Shown here: piece by piece, positions 26,615 through 36,264 of the stretch | Position numbering within the stretch: position 1 is the stretch's first letter | Layout of the letters: every line of letters starts with the position of its first letter | Source of the DNA: Candidatus Tayloriibacteriota bacterium | GTDB taxonomy: Bacteria; Patescibacteriota; Minisyncoccia; Phycocordibacterales; PALSA-1337 | DNA length: 62,122 bases | Direction: 5' to 3' | Assembly: GCA_943354385.1 (NCBI GenBank) | Contig: CALRBR010000004.1 | Location: 1 to 62,122 of the forward strand | Made by a program: the position numbers and the translations under genes | The notes under the pieces: generated by a model | The model's input: the letters and a program-made list of their open reading frames with translations, nothing else | Told to the model about the DNA's origin: nothing | Databases searched by the model: none

Positions 26615-28909
26615 CTATAATTTCATACTTTTAATTCGCAACGAATTTCCTACCACCGACACTGATGACATGGCCATCGCAAACCCAGCGAATGCGGGGG
26701 ACAAAAGCCACTCGGAAGCTGCAAAGAACATTCCGGTAGCAAGCGGGATACCAACGATATTATAGATAAACGCCCAGAAAAGATTTTGCTTAATCCCGCG
26801 CATTGTTATTTTCGATAGCTTAATCGATTTTACTAGTTTTGAAATGTCCCCTCCAAGAAGGGTAATTCCTGCTGATTCAATAGCGACATCCGTACCGGTC
26901 CCCATGGCGATGCCCACATCTGCTTGAGCAAGCGCTGGAGCATCATTTACCCCGTCCCCCGCCATTGCGACCACTCGACCCTGTGACTGCAATTCTTTTA
27001 TCTTTGTCAATTTATCCTCAGGCAACACATGCGCAATTACTTCATCAATACCCACCAGTGATGCCATATATTTCGCGGCCCTTTCATCGTCACCCGTAAG
27101 CATGACCACCGTAATTCCGAGCTTGTGAAGGTCTGCCATTGCTTGTTTTGATTCGAGTTTAATTTCATCTGCCACCATTACAAAACCAACGACCTTTCTT
27201 TTTGTTGCAAGAATAACTGGGGTTTTGCCCTGTGCGGTAAATTGTTCCATTTTCGAGGCATCAAATCCAATACCGAGGTCGACGATGAGCTTTGCATTAC
27301 CAACAAAATATTCTACACCTTTAATTGATCCCCTGAGGCCCTTACCCTGGATACTTTCAAAATTTGAAATATCTGTAGTTGGTATATTTTTTGCCTGTGC
27401 GTAATTTACAATCGCATGAGCGATCGGGTGCTCCGACTTTTTCTCAAGTGATGCCAGCATAGATATCAACTCTTCATTTTGGAGATCTGAAAGATTTTCT
27501 ATATCAACCAGAGTCGGCTTGCCGACAGTGATCGTGCCAGTCTTGTCTACAACAACCGTATCTACCTTGTGAAGTTTCTCCATGGTTGCCGCATCTTTTA
27601 TTAAGATTCCTTCGCGTGCACCTTTTCCAACGCCGACAATAATAGCGGTCGGTGTTGCAAGGCCAAGTGCACAAGGGCACGCGATCACCAAGACACCGAC
27701 AAAGGAGGTGAGGCCATATGATAATGCTTGTGCAAAGCCAAACGGGCCAGTAGCAAAAAATAGCCAAGCGCCGAGTGTGGCAAAAGCGATGACAAGTACA
27801 ATTGGAACGAATATGCTTGAAATCTTGTCTGCCAGAGCTTGAATCGGTGCCTTACTCCCCTGCGCTTCTTCCACCATTTTAATTATTTGTGCGAGCAGGG
27901 TTTCCGAACCAACTTTTGTTGCCACGAAAGCAAATGACCCCGAAGTGTTCATTGTGCCAGACACAACACTATCGCCGACTTTTTTTTGAACTGGCATCGG
28001 CTCCCCAGTAACCATTGACTCATCGATATATGAGGAGCCTTCAGAAATTATTCCATCCACCGGAATTTTTGCTCCAGGTTTGATAATAATCCAATCGCCG
28101 TGCACGACTTCATTCACTGATATCTCAATTTCTTTTCCATCACGAACAACCAGAGCAGTTTTCGCTTGGAGGTTGAGTAGTTTTTCAATCGCATCACCAG
28201 TCTTTATTTTGGACCGAGCTTCAAGGTATTTTCCAAGCGCTATAAAAGTAATGACGACGATAGTCACATCGTAGTAGGTTTGATCAACATTTAGAAAAGG
28301 TCTGAGTGTTTTCTCAAAAGCGGTTATGATAAAGCTGTACAAAAATGCGACCGAGGTACCAATACCAATAAGAGTATCCATATTGGCTTTGCCATACCGA
28401 AGAAAACGATAAAAACCTAGGAGGTATGGTTTGCCAACTACAAATAGAGTGTAGGTGGCAAAAATAGGAAGGAGATGATGGAAGAATTCTTTTATTGTAT
28501 AGCCCATTGGTGAAATGAGTTTGTATTCCGCAAAAATATCCCAACTCATCACAAAAATACTAAAGATTGCCAATGGAATAGCGGACATCACCTTGTTTCT
28601 CAAATCAGTGACTTCTGCCAGTTTTTCTTTTTTTGATTGATTGAATCCGAGGTGCTCCCTGTGTTCCTCAGGAGACATAAACATTCTTTCGGCGGTGGGG
28701 ACGACAAGAGAGTAGCCTAGTTTTTCTATTTTTTCTGACAAGCTGTGCGGATTTGTTTTCGACTCATCAATAGCGATTTTTGCTGTTTCAGTTCCATAAT
28801 TCACCTCTGCAGACACAACACCATCGACTTTTTTAAAAGTCTTTTCAATAATGCCGGCACAGCTCGCGCAGTGCATTCCTTTTACTTTGTAAGTTTGAGT
28901 AGTGTTCAT
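26615..28909 (-). CDS. copA: copper-translocating P1B-type ATPase
   Basis: 764 aa. N-terminal HMA motif GMHCASCAG, the CPC motif ([11 protein letters not shown]), DKTGT, and [10 protein letters not shown]. Confidence 0.95.
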   Translation of the reverse strand: MNTTQTYKVKGMHCASCAGIIEKTFKKVDGVVSAEVNYGTETAKIAIDESKTNPHSLSEKIEKLGYSLVVPTAERMFMSPEEHREHLGFNQSKKEKLAEVTDLRNKVMSAIPLAIFSIFVMSWDIFAEYKLISPMGYTIKEFFHHLLPIFATYTLFVVGKPYLLGFYRFLRYGKANMDTLIGIGTSVAFLYSFIITAFEKTLRPFLNVDQTYYDVTIVVITFIALGKYLEARSKIKTGDAIEKLLNLQAKTALVVRDGKEIEISVNEVVHGDWIIIKPGAKIPVDGIISEGSSYIDESMVTGEPMPVQKKVGDSVVSGTMNTSGSFAFVATKVGSETLLAQIIKMVEEAQGSKAPIQALADKISSIFVPIVLVIAFATLGAWLFFATGPFGFAQALSYGLTSFVGVLVIACPCALGLATPTAIIVGVGKGAREGILIKDAATMEKLHKVDTVVVDKTGTITVGKPTLVDIENLSDLQNEELISMLASLEKKSEHPIAHAIVNYAQAKNIPTTDISNFESIQGKGLRGSIKGVEYFVGNAKLIVDLGIGFDASKMEQFTAQGKTPVILATKRKVVGFVMVADEIKLESKQAMADLHKLGITVVMLTGDDERAAKYMASLVGIDEVIAHVLPEDKLTKIKELQSQGRVVAMAGDGVNDAPALAQADVGIAMGTGTDVAIESAGITLLGGDISKLVKSIKLSKITMRGIKQNLFWAFIYNIVGIPLATGMFFAASEWLLSPAFAGFAMAMSSVSVVGNSLRIKSMKL

Positions 28910-28914
28910 GGAAA

Positions 28915-29178
28915 TTATTTTCTTTTCAAACGATAAACTTTGAGAATTTCCCCCACCGCTTTTCCTTCCTTACCTTTTTTCATTTGATCTACGACACAAG
29001 TACTCAGATGATTCTCCATAATAGCATCTTCTACACCCGAAAGCGCTTGCTTCACTGCAGATGTCTGGGTAATCACATCAATACAGTACTCATCCTTGAT
29101 GAGCATGTCCTGTAGGCCCCGTATTTGCCCCTCAACAATCTTCAATCTTTGAACTAATTTTAGTTTAGCTGGTGACAT
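28915..29178 (-). CDS. csoR: CsoR/RcnR-family metal-sensing transcriptional repressor
   Basis: 87 aa. [36 protein letters not shown]...HLSTCV (C-H-C ligand pattern). Confidence 0.9.
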   Translation of the reverse strand: MSPAKLKLVQRLKIVEGQIRGLQDMLIKDEYCIDVITQTSAVKQALSGVEDAIMENHLSTCVVDQMKKGKEGKAVGEILKVYRLKRK

Positions 29179-29192
29179 ATATTTAACTTGAA

Positions 29193-29438
29193 CTATTGTT
29201 CAATATCTTTTTTTATTTCCTCAAACTGGTGTTTTGTAATCTCACTTTTAGCATAGCGCTCCTTAAGAATCTCTAGGGCCCTACTACTGGTGGCAGAATT
29301 AACGGTGGATGCGGATTCTCTTCTAAGAAACCGAATGATTCCATAAATAATCAACGCCCAAAACACAATCATGGATAATCCTCCGAAACCAAACAAGTGA
29401 AATGGTACGAAACCTTCATAGCCATAGTTATACATCAT
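29193..29438 (-). CDS. SHOCT-domain membrane protein
   Basis: 81 aa with an N-terminal TM and a C-terminal LEILKERYAKSEITKHQFEEIKKDI (SHOCT-like). It is the first gene of the metal operon. Confidence 0.65.
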   Translation of the reverse strand: MMYNYGYEGFVPFHLFGFGGLSMIVFWALIIYGIIRFLRRESASTVNSATSSRALEILKERYAKSEITKHQFEEIKKDIEQ

Positions 29439-29470
29439 AAAAATAAATGATTAACTTTGATAATATATTA

Positions 29471-29498
29471 AGTATATACCCCCTAGGGGTATTGTCAA
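29471..29498 (-). promoter_or_regulatory. promoter of the copper operon with a CsoR-type operator in the spacer
   Basis: Minus strand: TTGACA (29498-29493), 16 nt spacer, TATACT (29476-29471). The spacer is the GC-tract pseudo-palindrome ATACCCCTAGGGGGTAT (29492-29476). Confidence 0.7.
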
Positions 29499-29663
29499 TG
29501 GACTCAATTTGTCAAAAAGTGGATAACTCAAAAAACATTGAAATAGGCCTAACTATAAGTGTGTTTTGGCGGAAAGGCTCAACGAGCGATAGCTTGGAAG
29601 AGATAAGGGGTTTTGCCAAACTCGTTACAAGCACTGGTGGCCGTTGTGCCTTTAAACTGTTTT

Positions 29664-29691
29664 CCGTCGATTTTCAGTAAAAAATTGACGG
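29664..29691. repeat. CTACTG-family hairpin, copy 2 (loop CAGTAA)
   Basis: ccgtcgatttt-cagtaa-aaaattgacgg, 41 nt beyond the UDG stop. Confidence 0.45.
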
Positions 29692-29731
29692 ATCTCCTAT
29701 TCTTACTATTCGTGAATCTTACACCATAAGT

Positions 29732-30331
29732 CTACCCAACGAATTTCCTCAGGATCTGCATATCTTCTGTAAGAATCGGTAACTTTTTCCTATTATAGAT
29801 AGCCGCGCATGGATGATACAGCGTAATAATTTTAATGTAACCATATGACATTTTTGCATCATGGGCCTTGCCATGAGCCTGACCAATAGGAGGAATCTCA
29901 GATTTAAGACCAAACTTCTCCATTACATACACCATCGCATATCTACCTAGAGTGGCGATGGCTTTAGGTTTAATTATTTCAATCTGTTTATCTAAAAGTG
30001 TCCCATAGATTTTGATTTCTTCCACTGTAGGGTCACGATTTTCTTGAGGGCGGTCTTTAACGATATTTGTTATATATACATCTGGGCGTTTTATGCCCGC
30101 GCTCGCAAGGAGTTCATTGAGAATCTTCCCTGCCGCCCCACAAAAGGGCTTTCCCGTCTTAGCTTCATTTCTCCCAGGTGCCTCACCTACAAACATTATT
30201 TTTGCATTCAAACACCCTTCTCCAATCACTGGAAAATATTTATTCTCTGTCCGATATTTATAAAGTGGCGATTTTTTTAACCCAATCAAATCCACTTCTA
30301 CTTTTTTCATTTGGTCAGTTTTTTCAGACAT
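29732..30331 (-). CDS. uracil-DNA glycosylase, family 4
   Basis: GEAPGRNEAKTGKPFCGAAGKIL and the C-terminal HPCAAIYN are typical of family 4 UDG. Confidence 0.85.
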   Translation of the reverse strand: MSEKTDQMKKVEVDLIGLKKSPLYKYRTENKYFPVIGEGCLNAKIMFVGEAPGRNEAKTGKPFCGAAGKILNELLASAGIKRPDVYITNIVKDRPQENRDPTVEEIKIYGTLLDKQIEIIKPKAIATLGRYAMVYVMEKFGLKSEIPPIGQAHGKAHDAKMSYGYIKIITLYHPCAAIYNRKKLPILTEDMQILRKFVG

Positions 30332-30403
30332 TTTTTATGATTTTACACATATCAAAGCACCTTACCTTTCAAGAATTTTAACTTTATTATCCAGTCCTCT
30401 ATT

Positions 30404-30622
30404 CTAGCCGCCAAGATTTCCACCATAACCCACCACGCGGTGACACGGCAGGTCAGGACTATAATTTTGCTTCATAGTAGCTCCGACTGCCCGATATGCA
30501 TTTGGCTTACCCGCCTTCTCAGCTACCTCATCATACATAATCACTTGACCTTTTGGTATCTTTGAAACAATAGCAAGCTCCTTTTTATTTAAATTGTTTT
30601 CCGTGAGTTCTCTATTTATTGT
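30404..30622 (-). pseudogene. MGMT/Ogt-family DNA-binding-domain ORF with a PCHRV active-site motif and no canonical start
   Basis: My translation is TINRELTENNLNKKELAIVSKIPKGQVIMYDEVAEKAGKPNAYRAVGATMKQNYSPDLPCHRVVGYGGNLGG*. The frame is open for only 72 codons, and the first ATG/GTG leaves about 45 aa. It ends right after GG, where homologues continue. Confidence 0.5.
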
Positions 30623-30645
30623 CTAAATACTGATGTCCAGCCCCC

Positions 30646-31491
30646 TTACTCCTCCGGGCACAATAACTGGGTCTCATCCAACACAGATTGCGCCTCTGAA
30701 TTACTGAGTCCAAGAGGTTTCAATACTGATTTGTCATGTCGTACATGACCACAAAGCACCACTCCGCTATCCATTAACTGCTTCTTTTGCCCATGGCTCA
30801 AAGTTGTTAAGACGGTAATCGGGTGTAAGTCACTTTGCTCTACCATCGTCTCAAGCCCTTCACCAACAGGATAATTCCACCCAATCATTTTTAGTCCCTC
30901 GCACTCTGCATACTGAATAGCTGGCGCACTAAACTTAGTATTGGTAATTAGCCATCCTTCGTCGAGCTTACGTTCCTTACCACCATAATTAAAGGAGGAA
31001 TTCTTTAAATCATCCATCCGAGCTTTTACATAGAGTGCTACTTTGAGATCAGATTTTACACCGAGCTCGTTGTGAAATTTTACTTCTGCCATGATGAGTT
31101 TCTCAGTATTATATGCCACCACATCCACCTCATGCTCAACACACCTACCTTTTACCACTTGACCGACGAGTACCGAAAAGCCTTTCTTTTTAAAAACTTC
31201 TCCCAGGAACTTTTCAAAAGGAAAACCACTTGGTCCCAAATCCATAATAGAACGACGCATAGAATACCTCAATGCAGGCGCCGGCTCTCTCTTGTGAAGT
31301 AATGAAAATGCATGTTTATAAATATCATGTGTAGTCATTCCCTCCTTAATTTCATCCTGCAGATGAACGAGGACCCCTCGAATGCTCTCCTCGGTCGCCC
31401 CGACTTTTTTTAATGAATACGCAACCTTATTTATATCAAACTCCTCACGTTTACCATTTGTCTTAGTGATAAAAATCTTTTTCTGATTCAT
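30646..31491 (-). CDS. ATP-cone domain fused to a PD-(D/E)xK (Mrr-like) restriction-endonuclease domain
   Basis: N-terminal ATP-cone (IFITKTNGKREEFDINKVAYSLKKVGATEE...), then GPSGFPFEKFLGEVF...CVEHEVDVVAYNTEKLIMAEVKFHN. I use the ATG at 31489-31491; the track start is 31527. Confidence 0.7.
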   Translation of the reverse strand: MNQKKIFITKTNGKREEFDINKVAYSLKKVGATEESIRGVLVHLQDEIKEGMTTHDIYKHAFSLLHKREPAPALRYSMRRSIMDLGPSGFPFEKFLGEVFKKKGFSVLVGQVVKGRCVEHEVDVVAYNTEKLIMAEVKFHNELGVKSDLKVALYVKARMDDLKNSSFNYGGKERKLDEGWLITNTKFSAPAIQYAECEGLKMIGWNYPVGEGLETMVEQSDLHPITVLTTLSHGQKKQLMDSGVVLCGHVRHDKSVLKPLGLSNSEAQSVLDETQLLCPEE

Positions 31492-31539
31492 GCCTTCTAG
31501 TATACACCGAAATAGGACTCCTCGCACCCAAAAGATTCA

Positions 31540-32676
31540 CTATTCAATAATCCCCCCTCCAATACATACGTCAGCATCATAAAATACAATAGACTGTCCT
31601 GGGGAAATGTTCTCTTGTGGTAAATTGAATTCTAGGCGGATCGTCTGACCTGAATACTCGGTAATTTTACACCCCACGAGCTCCTGGCGGTACCTCGCTC
31701 GAGCAGTGTAGGGATAATTAATTTTTAGTTCTGAGGGATTGATGATATTTACCTTATTAAGGCAGACTCGCGTTACTGAGTTCTCAGATTTCTCTATCTG
31801 AGAAACTGAAGAAACGGTAATTGTATTTTTCTCAATATTCTTTTGGACAACATACTGGGCCTCATCCAAGGTGCTTTTTTTAGTTATGATAAATCCATGT
31901 CGCTCGCCAAGAGTAAAGAAAGTTGTCCCATTGTGAAAACCAACAACCTCACCTTCTACAGACAACACGTCCCCACGCTTTGGCTCTATGTATCTCTTCA
32001 AAAACTCCTTTACATCTACTTTACCGATAAAACAAAGTCCTTGGCTGTCTTTTTTGAGTGCATTGGCAAGACCAAATTTTTCAGCATATTTTCTCACTTG
32101 TGGCTTTTTCATATCCCCGACTGGAAAAAGTGTGTGAGCAAGTTGATCAGCAGTCAGTGTCCAGAGGAAATATGACTGGTCTTTGTTGGAGTCGAGGGCA
32201 GTCAAAAGTTGAAAATCGAAGGTGCCCAGTTTCCCTAGCTTATTATTATTTTCGATTCGCACCTTTTGACTTTTGACTTGCTCCGTACGCGCATAATGTC
32301 CTGTCGCCACATAGTCCGCACCCTGTTCCATTGCCCATCTATAGAATCCTCCAAACTTTACATGCTTATTGCACATCACATCAGGATTTGGTGTCCTCCC
32401 GATTTCGTATTCGTCAATCATATAATCCACCACTTCTTTTTTGTATTCTTTTTCGAGATCAAGGGTTACAAAAGGAATGTCGAGTTTTGCTGCCACCCTC
32501 ATCGCATCCAGCCTGTCTTCTCGCCAAGTACACTCAAACCAGTCTGGTTGCCAAACCTTTATAAATACACCTGTGACATCATAGCCCGCCTTTTTGAGCA
32601 AGGCGGAAGACACAGAGGAATCTACCCCCCCAGACATGCCTACATAGACTTTTTTAACTTTAGCAACACTTTTCAT
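31540..32676 (-). CDS. mnmA: tRNA 2-thiouridine(34) synthase
   Basis: PP-loop VGMSGGVDSSVSSALL, plus CNKHVKFG and the conserved LCFIGK. Confidence 0.93.
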   Translation of the reverse strand: MKSVAKVKKVYVGMSGGVDSSVSSALLKKAGYDVTGVFIKVWQPDWFECTWREDRLDAMRVAAKLDIPFVTLDLEKEYKKEVVDYMIDEYEIGRTPNPDVMCNKHVKFGGFYRWAMEQGADYVATGHYARTEQVKSQKVRIENNNKLGKLGTFDFQLLTALDSNKDQSYFLWTLTADQLAHTLFPVGDMKKPQVRKYAEKFGLANALKKDSQGLCFIGKVDVKEFLKRYIEPKRGDVLSVEGEVVGFHNGTTFFTLGERHGFIITKKSTLDEAQYVVQKNIEKNTITVSSVSQIEKSENSVTRVCLNKVNIINPSELKINYPYTARARYRQELVGCKITEYSGQTIRLEFNLPQENISPGQSIVFYDADVCIGGGIIE

Positions 32677-32702
32677 AACCGGAGTCTAGCATTGAGTGAG
32701 AA

Positions 32703-33641
32703 TTATCTCAAATACTTATTCTTATTTGCCACATGTTCTTCAAAAGTCTTCGAATAGTGCATTTCCCCTTTTTTATCAGATAAATAATACAAGTAGGAAG
32801 TTTTAATCGGGGTCACTGCAGAAAAAAGAGAGTCTAGGCCGGGGTTGGTAATCGCCGTAGGAGGGAGACCCGGATACACATAAGTATTGTAAGGAGAATC
32901 TATTTTCAAATCATCAAGGGTCAGGTCTGCACTGTCTCTTTTGCCATTTACATACTGAAATGCCGCATCTACCTGAAGCGCCATACGTATAGAGAGCCTT
33001 TTCCACAAAATACCTGCAATAATCCTCCGTGAAGTTGTTGTACGTGCCTCTTCCTCCAGAATAGAGGCCATCTTTACCACGTCATTTATCGGATGTTTAA
33101 ATAGTGCCATCTCTTCGGAAATCACCACTATCTTTTTGTTAAAGTTAGCTCGCAAGGCCCCAAAAGCCTCCTCTGCAGTCACACTTGGTAGAAAATAGTA
33201 TGTATCTGGAAATAAATACCCCTCCTGCGCACCAGCAATAAGAATGAACTTTTCTGTATCAAAATTTTTAGAGTATTTTTTTAAAATAGTTGCTATCTCA
33301 AATACATTAGAACCTTCGGGAATAGTGACCCGTACCGGGGTCAGACCATATTCTCCAGATGTAACCCGCGAAACGACTTGAAACAAATTGATCGGCTGAT
33401 CAAAATCATACGCCCCTGAAACCAAACTTTTTTGATTACCTGAAAGAGTCACAAGTACCTTAAACAAAAATGGTGACCTAATAATATGCGCGTTGGATAA
33501 TAAAATTGCCACCTGAGAAAGTCCCTGGCCTTTTGGAATATTAAAATATGCATCTCTGGGAAATGAATCAGGTGCACGAATGCCTATAAATGCAAAAAGA
33601 ATCCACAATAAGATGGCGTACAGAATTATTTTTTTTCTCAT
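32703..33641 (-). CDS. mltG: endolytic murein transglycosylase (YceG family)
   Basis: 312 aa with an N-terminal TM. ...ASILEEEA... and PGLPPTAITNPG are typical of YceG/MltG. Confidence 0.85.
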   Translation of the reverse strand: MRKKIILYAILLWILFAFIGIRAPDSFPRDAYFNIPKGQGLSQVAILLSNAHIIRSPFLFKVLVTLSGNQKSLVSGAYDFDQPINLFQVVSRVTSGEYGLTPVRVTIPEGSNVFEIATILKKYSKNFDTEKFILIAGAQEGYLFPDTYYFLPSVTAEEAFGALRANFNKKIVVISEEMALFKHPINDVVKMASILEEEARTTTSRRIIAGILWKRLSIRMALQVDAAFQYVNGKRDSADLTLDDLKIDSPYNTYVYPGLPPTAITNPGLDSLFSAVTPIKTSYLYYLSDKKGEMHYSKTFEEHVANKNKYLR

Positions 33642-34861
33642 ATCGGTAAGTTGGAAGGCGCATCTGATTTCTTTGAAGGTATGCGTGACAGGCCAGGAGC
33701 CTGAGACACACTACCAGGAAAATGAAAGATTGTTGCAAGCTCCTCGGTCATGAGAATAAATGGCTTTTCGGCAAAATTTTTGAAGGGGCCGTGGAAATAG
33801 CCTCGAGTGCGATAGGCCTCAAAAAAAGCTCTCTTGAAACCTGTAAGACGAATGCCCATAAAATCTTGCCATGGATAGTCAAAGTTGATATGCCAGCCTC
33901 GTTTGAAACCGTTTAAATAATTTGAGCTGTATTGACGAAAGACGCCCCCGAGTACTCCCGGCCGGCCCTTGTTATAGATTTCCTTGTCAGCAAAATACAT
34001 TCCTCGAATGGCGCAGTCGAATGGGAACTTTCCAATACTACGCTCAATCGCGGCAATTTTTTCCATTTCACCTTTTGTGGGATTAGGGAAACCAGGGTAG
34101 TCATCCTCTGTTTTTGGTGTGGATTCCTCTCGAATCTTCTCTATCTCCTCCTTTGCTTCATCTTGCCAATTTTTGGTCTTAAATAAATGTCCTGCCTTGA
34201 GACCTTTTGACATGTGTGCCTGGATAATAATCTGTATCCACATCTGCTCGCCTTTTTTCAAAGTGCTCATAGTTTCGAGTGTCGAGGTTAGCGGATCGAT
34301 TTTGAACTCCTCCTTTGGGTCCTTATCCATACCATAATCCACATATGTTTTGATGGGGTAAACATCTGGAGCGGTGAGCTTGAAACACGCGCCATAGAGA
34401 TCCTGCTTTTCTGGATCAAATTTAAAACGAGAAACGTAATCGGGCACTTCATATACCTCAACTGTCGGATATTGTGCATAAAGCTGAGCCTCCACTGTGT
34501 CTTTGAACTTGGTCTGAGTCCAGATAAAAAAACGAATATTGCCTTCATCAGAAATAATTTCACAAGAAAACCACGGACGGACATTGCCCTTTAGGTAACT
34601 CGATACCCAGTTGCCATCAATCGGTAAATGAAGGGCTGTGAATACTAGCTCCATCGCGAGTGGTGATTTCATGATCTCTCGAGGAATTTTTATTTCCAAA
34701 AGTGTGCTTCCTTGCTTTATATTGAAATCTGTCCTTACATACTCCATCCATTTTTGGATAAAAGTATGTACGATGAGAATCGCAAGACCATAAGGCCAAA
34801 GTATCCCGACGTAGTGCCAAACTGAATTCAAGAGCGCATCCATATATGAATAGTATATCAT
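33638..34861 (-). CDS. membrane-anchored hypothetical protein
   Basis: 407 aa with an N-terminal TM (VGILWPYGLAILIVHTFI). It overlaps the mltG start by 4 nt. No catalytic motif recognised. Confidence 0.6.
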   Translation of the reverse strand: MIYYSYMDALLNSVWHYVGILWPYGLAILIVHTFIQKWMEYVRTDFNIKQGSTLLEIKIPREIMKSPLAMELVFTALHLPIDGNWVSSYLKGNVRPWFSCEIISDEGNIRFFIWTQTKFKDTVEAQLYAQYPTVEVYEVPDYVSRFKFDPEKQDLYGACFKLTAPDVYPIKTYVDYGMDKDPKEEFKIDPLTSTLETMSTLKKGEQMWIQIIIQAHMSKGLKAGHLFKTKNWQDEAKEEIEKIREESTPKTEDDYPGFPNPTKGEMEKIAAIERSIGKFPFDCAIRGMYFADKEIYNKGRPGVLGGVFRQYSSNYLNGFKRGWHINFDYPWQDFMGIRLTGFKRAFFEAYRTRGYFHGPFKNFAEKPFILMTEELATIFHFPGSVSQAPGLSRIPSKKSDAPSNLPI

Positions 34862-34909
34862 TGCTATAAAAAAAGTCTAAAGTAAAAAGTACTTAATTGA
34901 AAGTACAGC

Positions 34910-34945
34910 AAAAGAAAATCGCCGGTGAGTACGCCGGCGATTTTC
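34910..34945 (-). terminator. intrinsic terminator after the sigma-r4/HARE gene
   Basis: gaaaatcgccgg (34914-34925) pairs with ccggcgattttc (34934-34945). T-rich tracts lie on both sides. Confidence 0.6.
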
Positions 34946-34968
34946 TTTATTTTTTATTTTTTATCCGC

Positions 34969-36000
34969 TTACTTCGCTATTGAATACTTCGATTCCTTAT
35001 CTTTAGTAAAATGCTTTGGGTTCTGAAGGTTAACCATAATAGTATTCTCTTTTACATATCGTTCCTTGAGTACCTTTTCAATCACCTCTTCTTTTGGGAG
35101 TGAACCATGCTTTTCGAGAATTTTCTTGATCACGTCCTTGACCACACCACTCATATAGCCCCACTCAGCGAGAGCATAGAGACCTCGTCCGACGAGCACA
35201 AATCTAGGATCCTTGATGAGCTCGTTATGGCATGTAGCGACATGAGCTTTTTTATTAAATACCTGAGAGATTGTTTTCGCTACATCCTTGAAGTGTATTG
35301 GTGAGCCATGTCGTCGGATTACGAGAAATGCGTAGTCTCGCATACCCTTGGTCTTGATATTTGGAGAGTGAGAGACACCCCATTCACCAAGTGGATTTTT
35401 ACCGATTCCTTTTGAGAGAGCCAACCATCGTTTGAGAATCTCCTGATTTTTGTATTTCTCTGACATCTCTTTAGTGTGCTCGAGGAATGAAGAAATCATT
35501 TCTGACTCTGATACGAGATCATTAGTACTCAAACCTTTGTAGAGCTTCTTAAGAGACTCTTCAACAGTGTTTGAAAGCTTTTCATCAACATACCATCGAT
35601 GTCGGAAATGATCGTCTTCTTTTCTTCGTTTAAATGAATCTCCGATAACGAGGAGAAAATTAATATTATTTTGAGTACTTTCGTCTTTTGAAATGTGGCC
35701 GAGGAGATCGTCTTCTACCACGATACCACCGAGTGAGTGTAACAAGCCTTCTAGCTCCTCAAAACTCTTTTTCTCGTCCTTATATGCATCAGACTTCCGG
35801 ATGTTATTTATGGCGTAATTTTCAATTTGGCGGACTCGTTCTCGAGTTATACCATAGATGTCACCAATTGCTTCCAAGGTCATTCGCTCGATTTTTTTGC
35901 CGAGGCCATAGCGACTCACGATCACTTCGCGAGCACGATCAGGAAGAGCTCCGAGGAGCTTCTTAACAACTTGCTTTGGTTTAAATTGGATTGTTGCCAT
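34969..36000 (-). CDS. sigma-70 region 4 domain plus C-terminal HARE-HTH domain protein
   Basis: N-terminal LPDRAREVIVSRYGL...MTLEAIGDIYGITRERVRQIENYAINNIR. C-terminal ...AFLVIRRHGSPIHFKDVAKTI...FVLVGRGLYALAEWGY. Confidence 0.7.
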   Translation of the reverse strand: MATIQFKPKQVVKKLLGALPDRAREVIVSRYGLGKKIERMTLEAIGDIYGITRERVRQIENYAINNIRKSDAYKDEKKSFEELEGLLHSLGGIVVEDDLLGHISKDESTQNNINFLLVIGDSFKRRKEDDHFRHRWYVDEKLSNTVEESLKKLYKGLSTNDLVSESEMISSFLEHTKEMSEKYKNQEILKRWLALSKGIGKNPLGEWGVSHSPNIKTKGMRDYAFLVIRRHGSPIHFKDVAKTISQVFNKKAHVATCHNELIKDPRFVLVGRGLYALAEWGYMSGVVKDVIKKILEKHGSLPKEEVIEKVLKERYVKENTIMVNLQNPKHFTKDKESKYSIAK

Positions 36001-36094
36001 AAATGATAATTTACTAATAAATCCAGGTTTTACCTGTATATTACTATATGTATATCATCATAGTATACCTAAGTCAAGCGAATGTCAAGGGCTG

Positions 36095-36160
36095 CCCGAT
36101 TTATAAGGAGTGGAGCGACTATATAAATCGGGGACACCGAGGTATCTCCCTCGGTGCAGG
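36095..36160. repeat. R1 double-hairpin repeat (inverted orientation)
   Basis: cccgatttataaggagtggagcgactatataaatcgggg-acaccgaggtatctccctcggtg. This is the reverse complement of the R1 units at 40.5, 42.2 and 49.5 kb. Confidence 0.7.
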
Positions 36161-36264
36161 CTAATTATAAGCCAAAGGTGACAAAATCATACACCATAGT
36201 TTCCCCAGAAAATTATTGTGTATTAAAAACCATTTTCTCATCCTTATTCTTAAATCTACTATTT

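Noticed and set aside
29447-29680. 77-aa plus-strand ORF upstream of the copper operon
   Set aside because: It spans the island promoter/operator and repeat modules (R2 fragment, CTACTG-family hairpin). It has no coding-like features.
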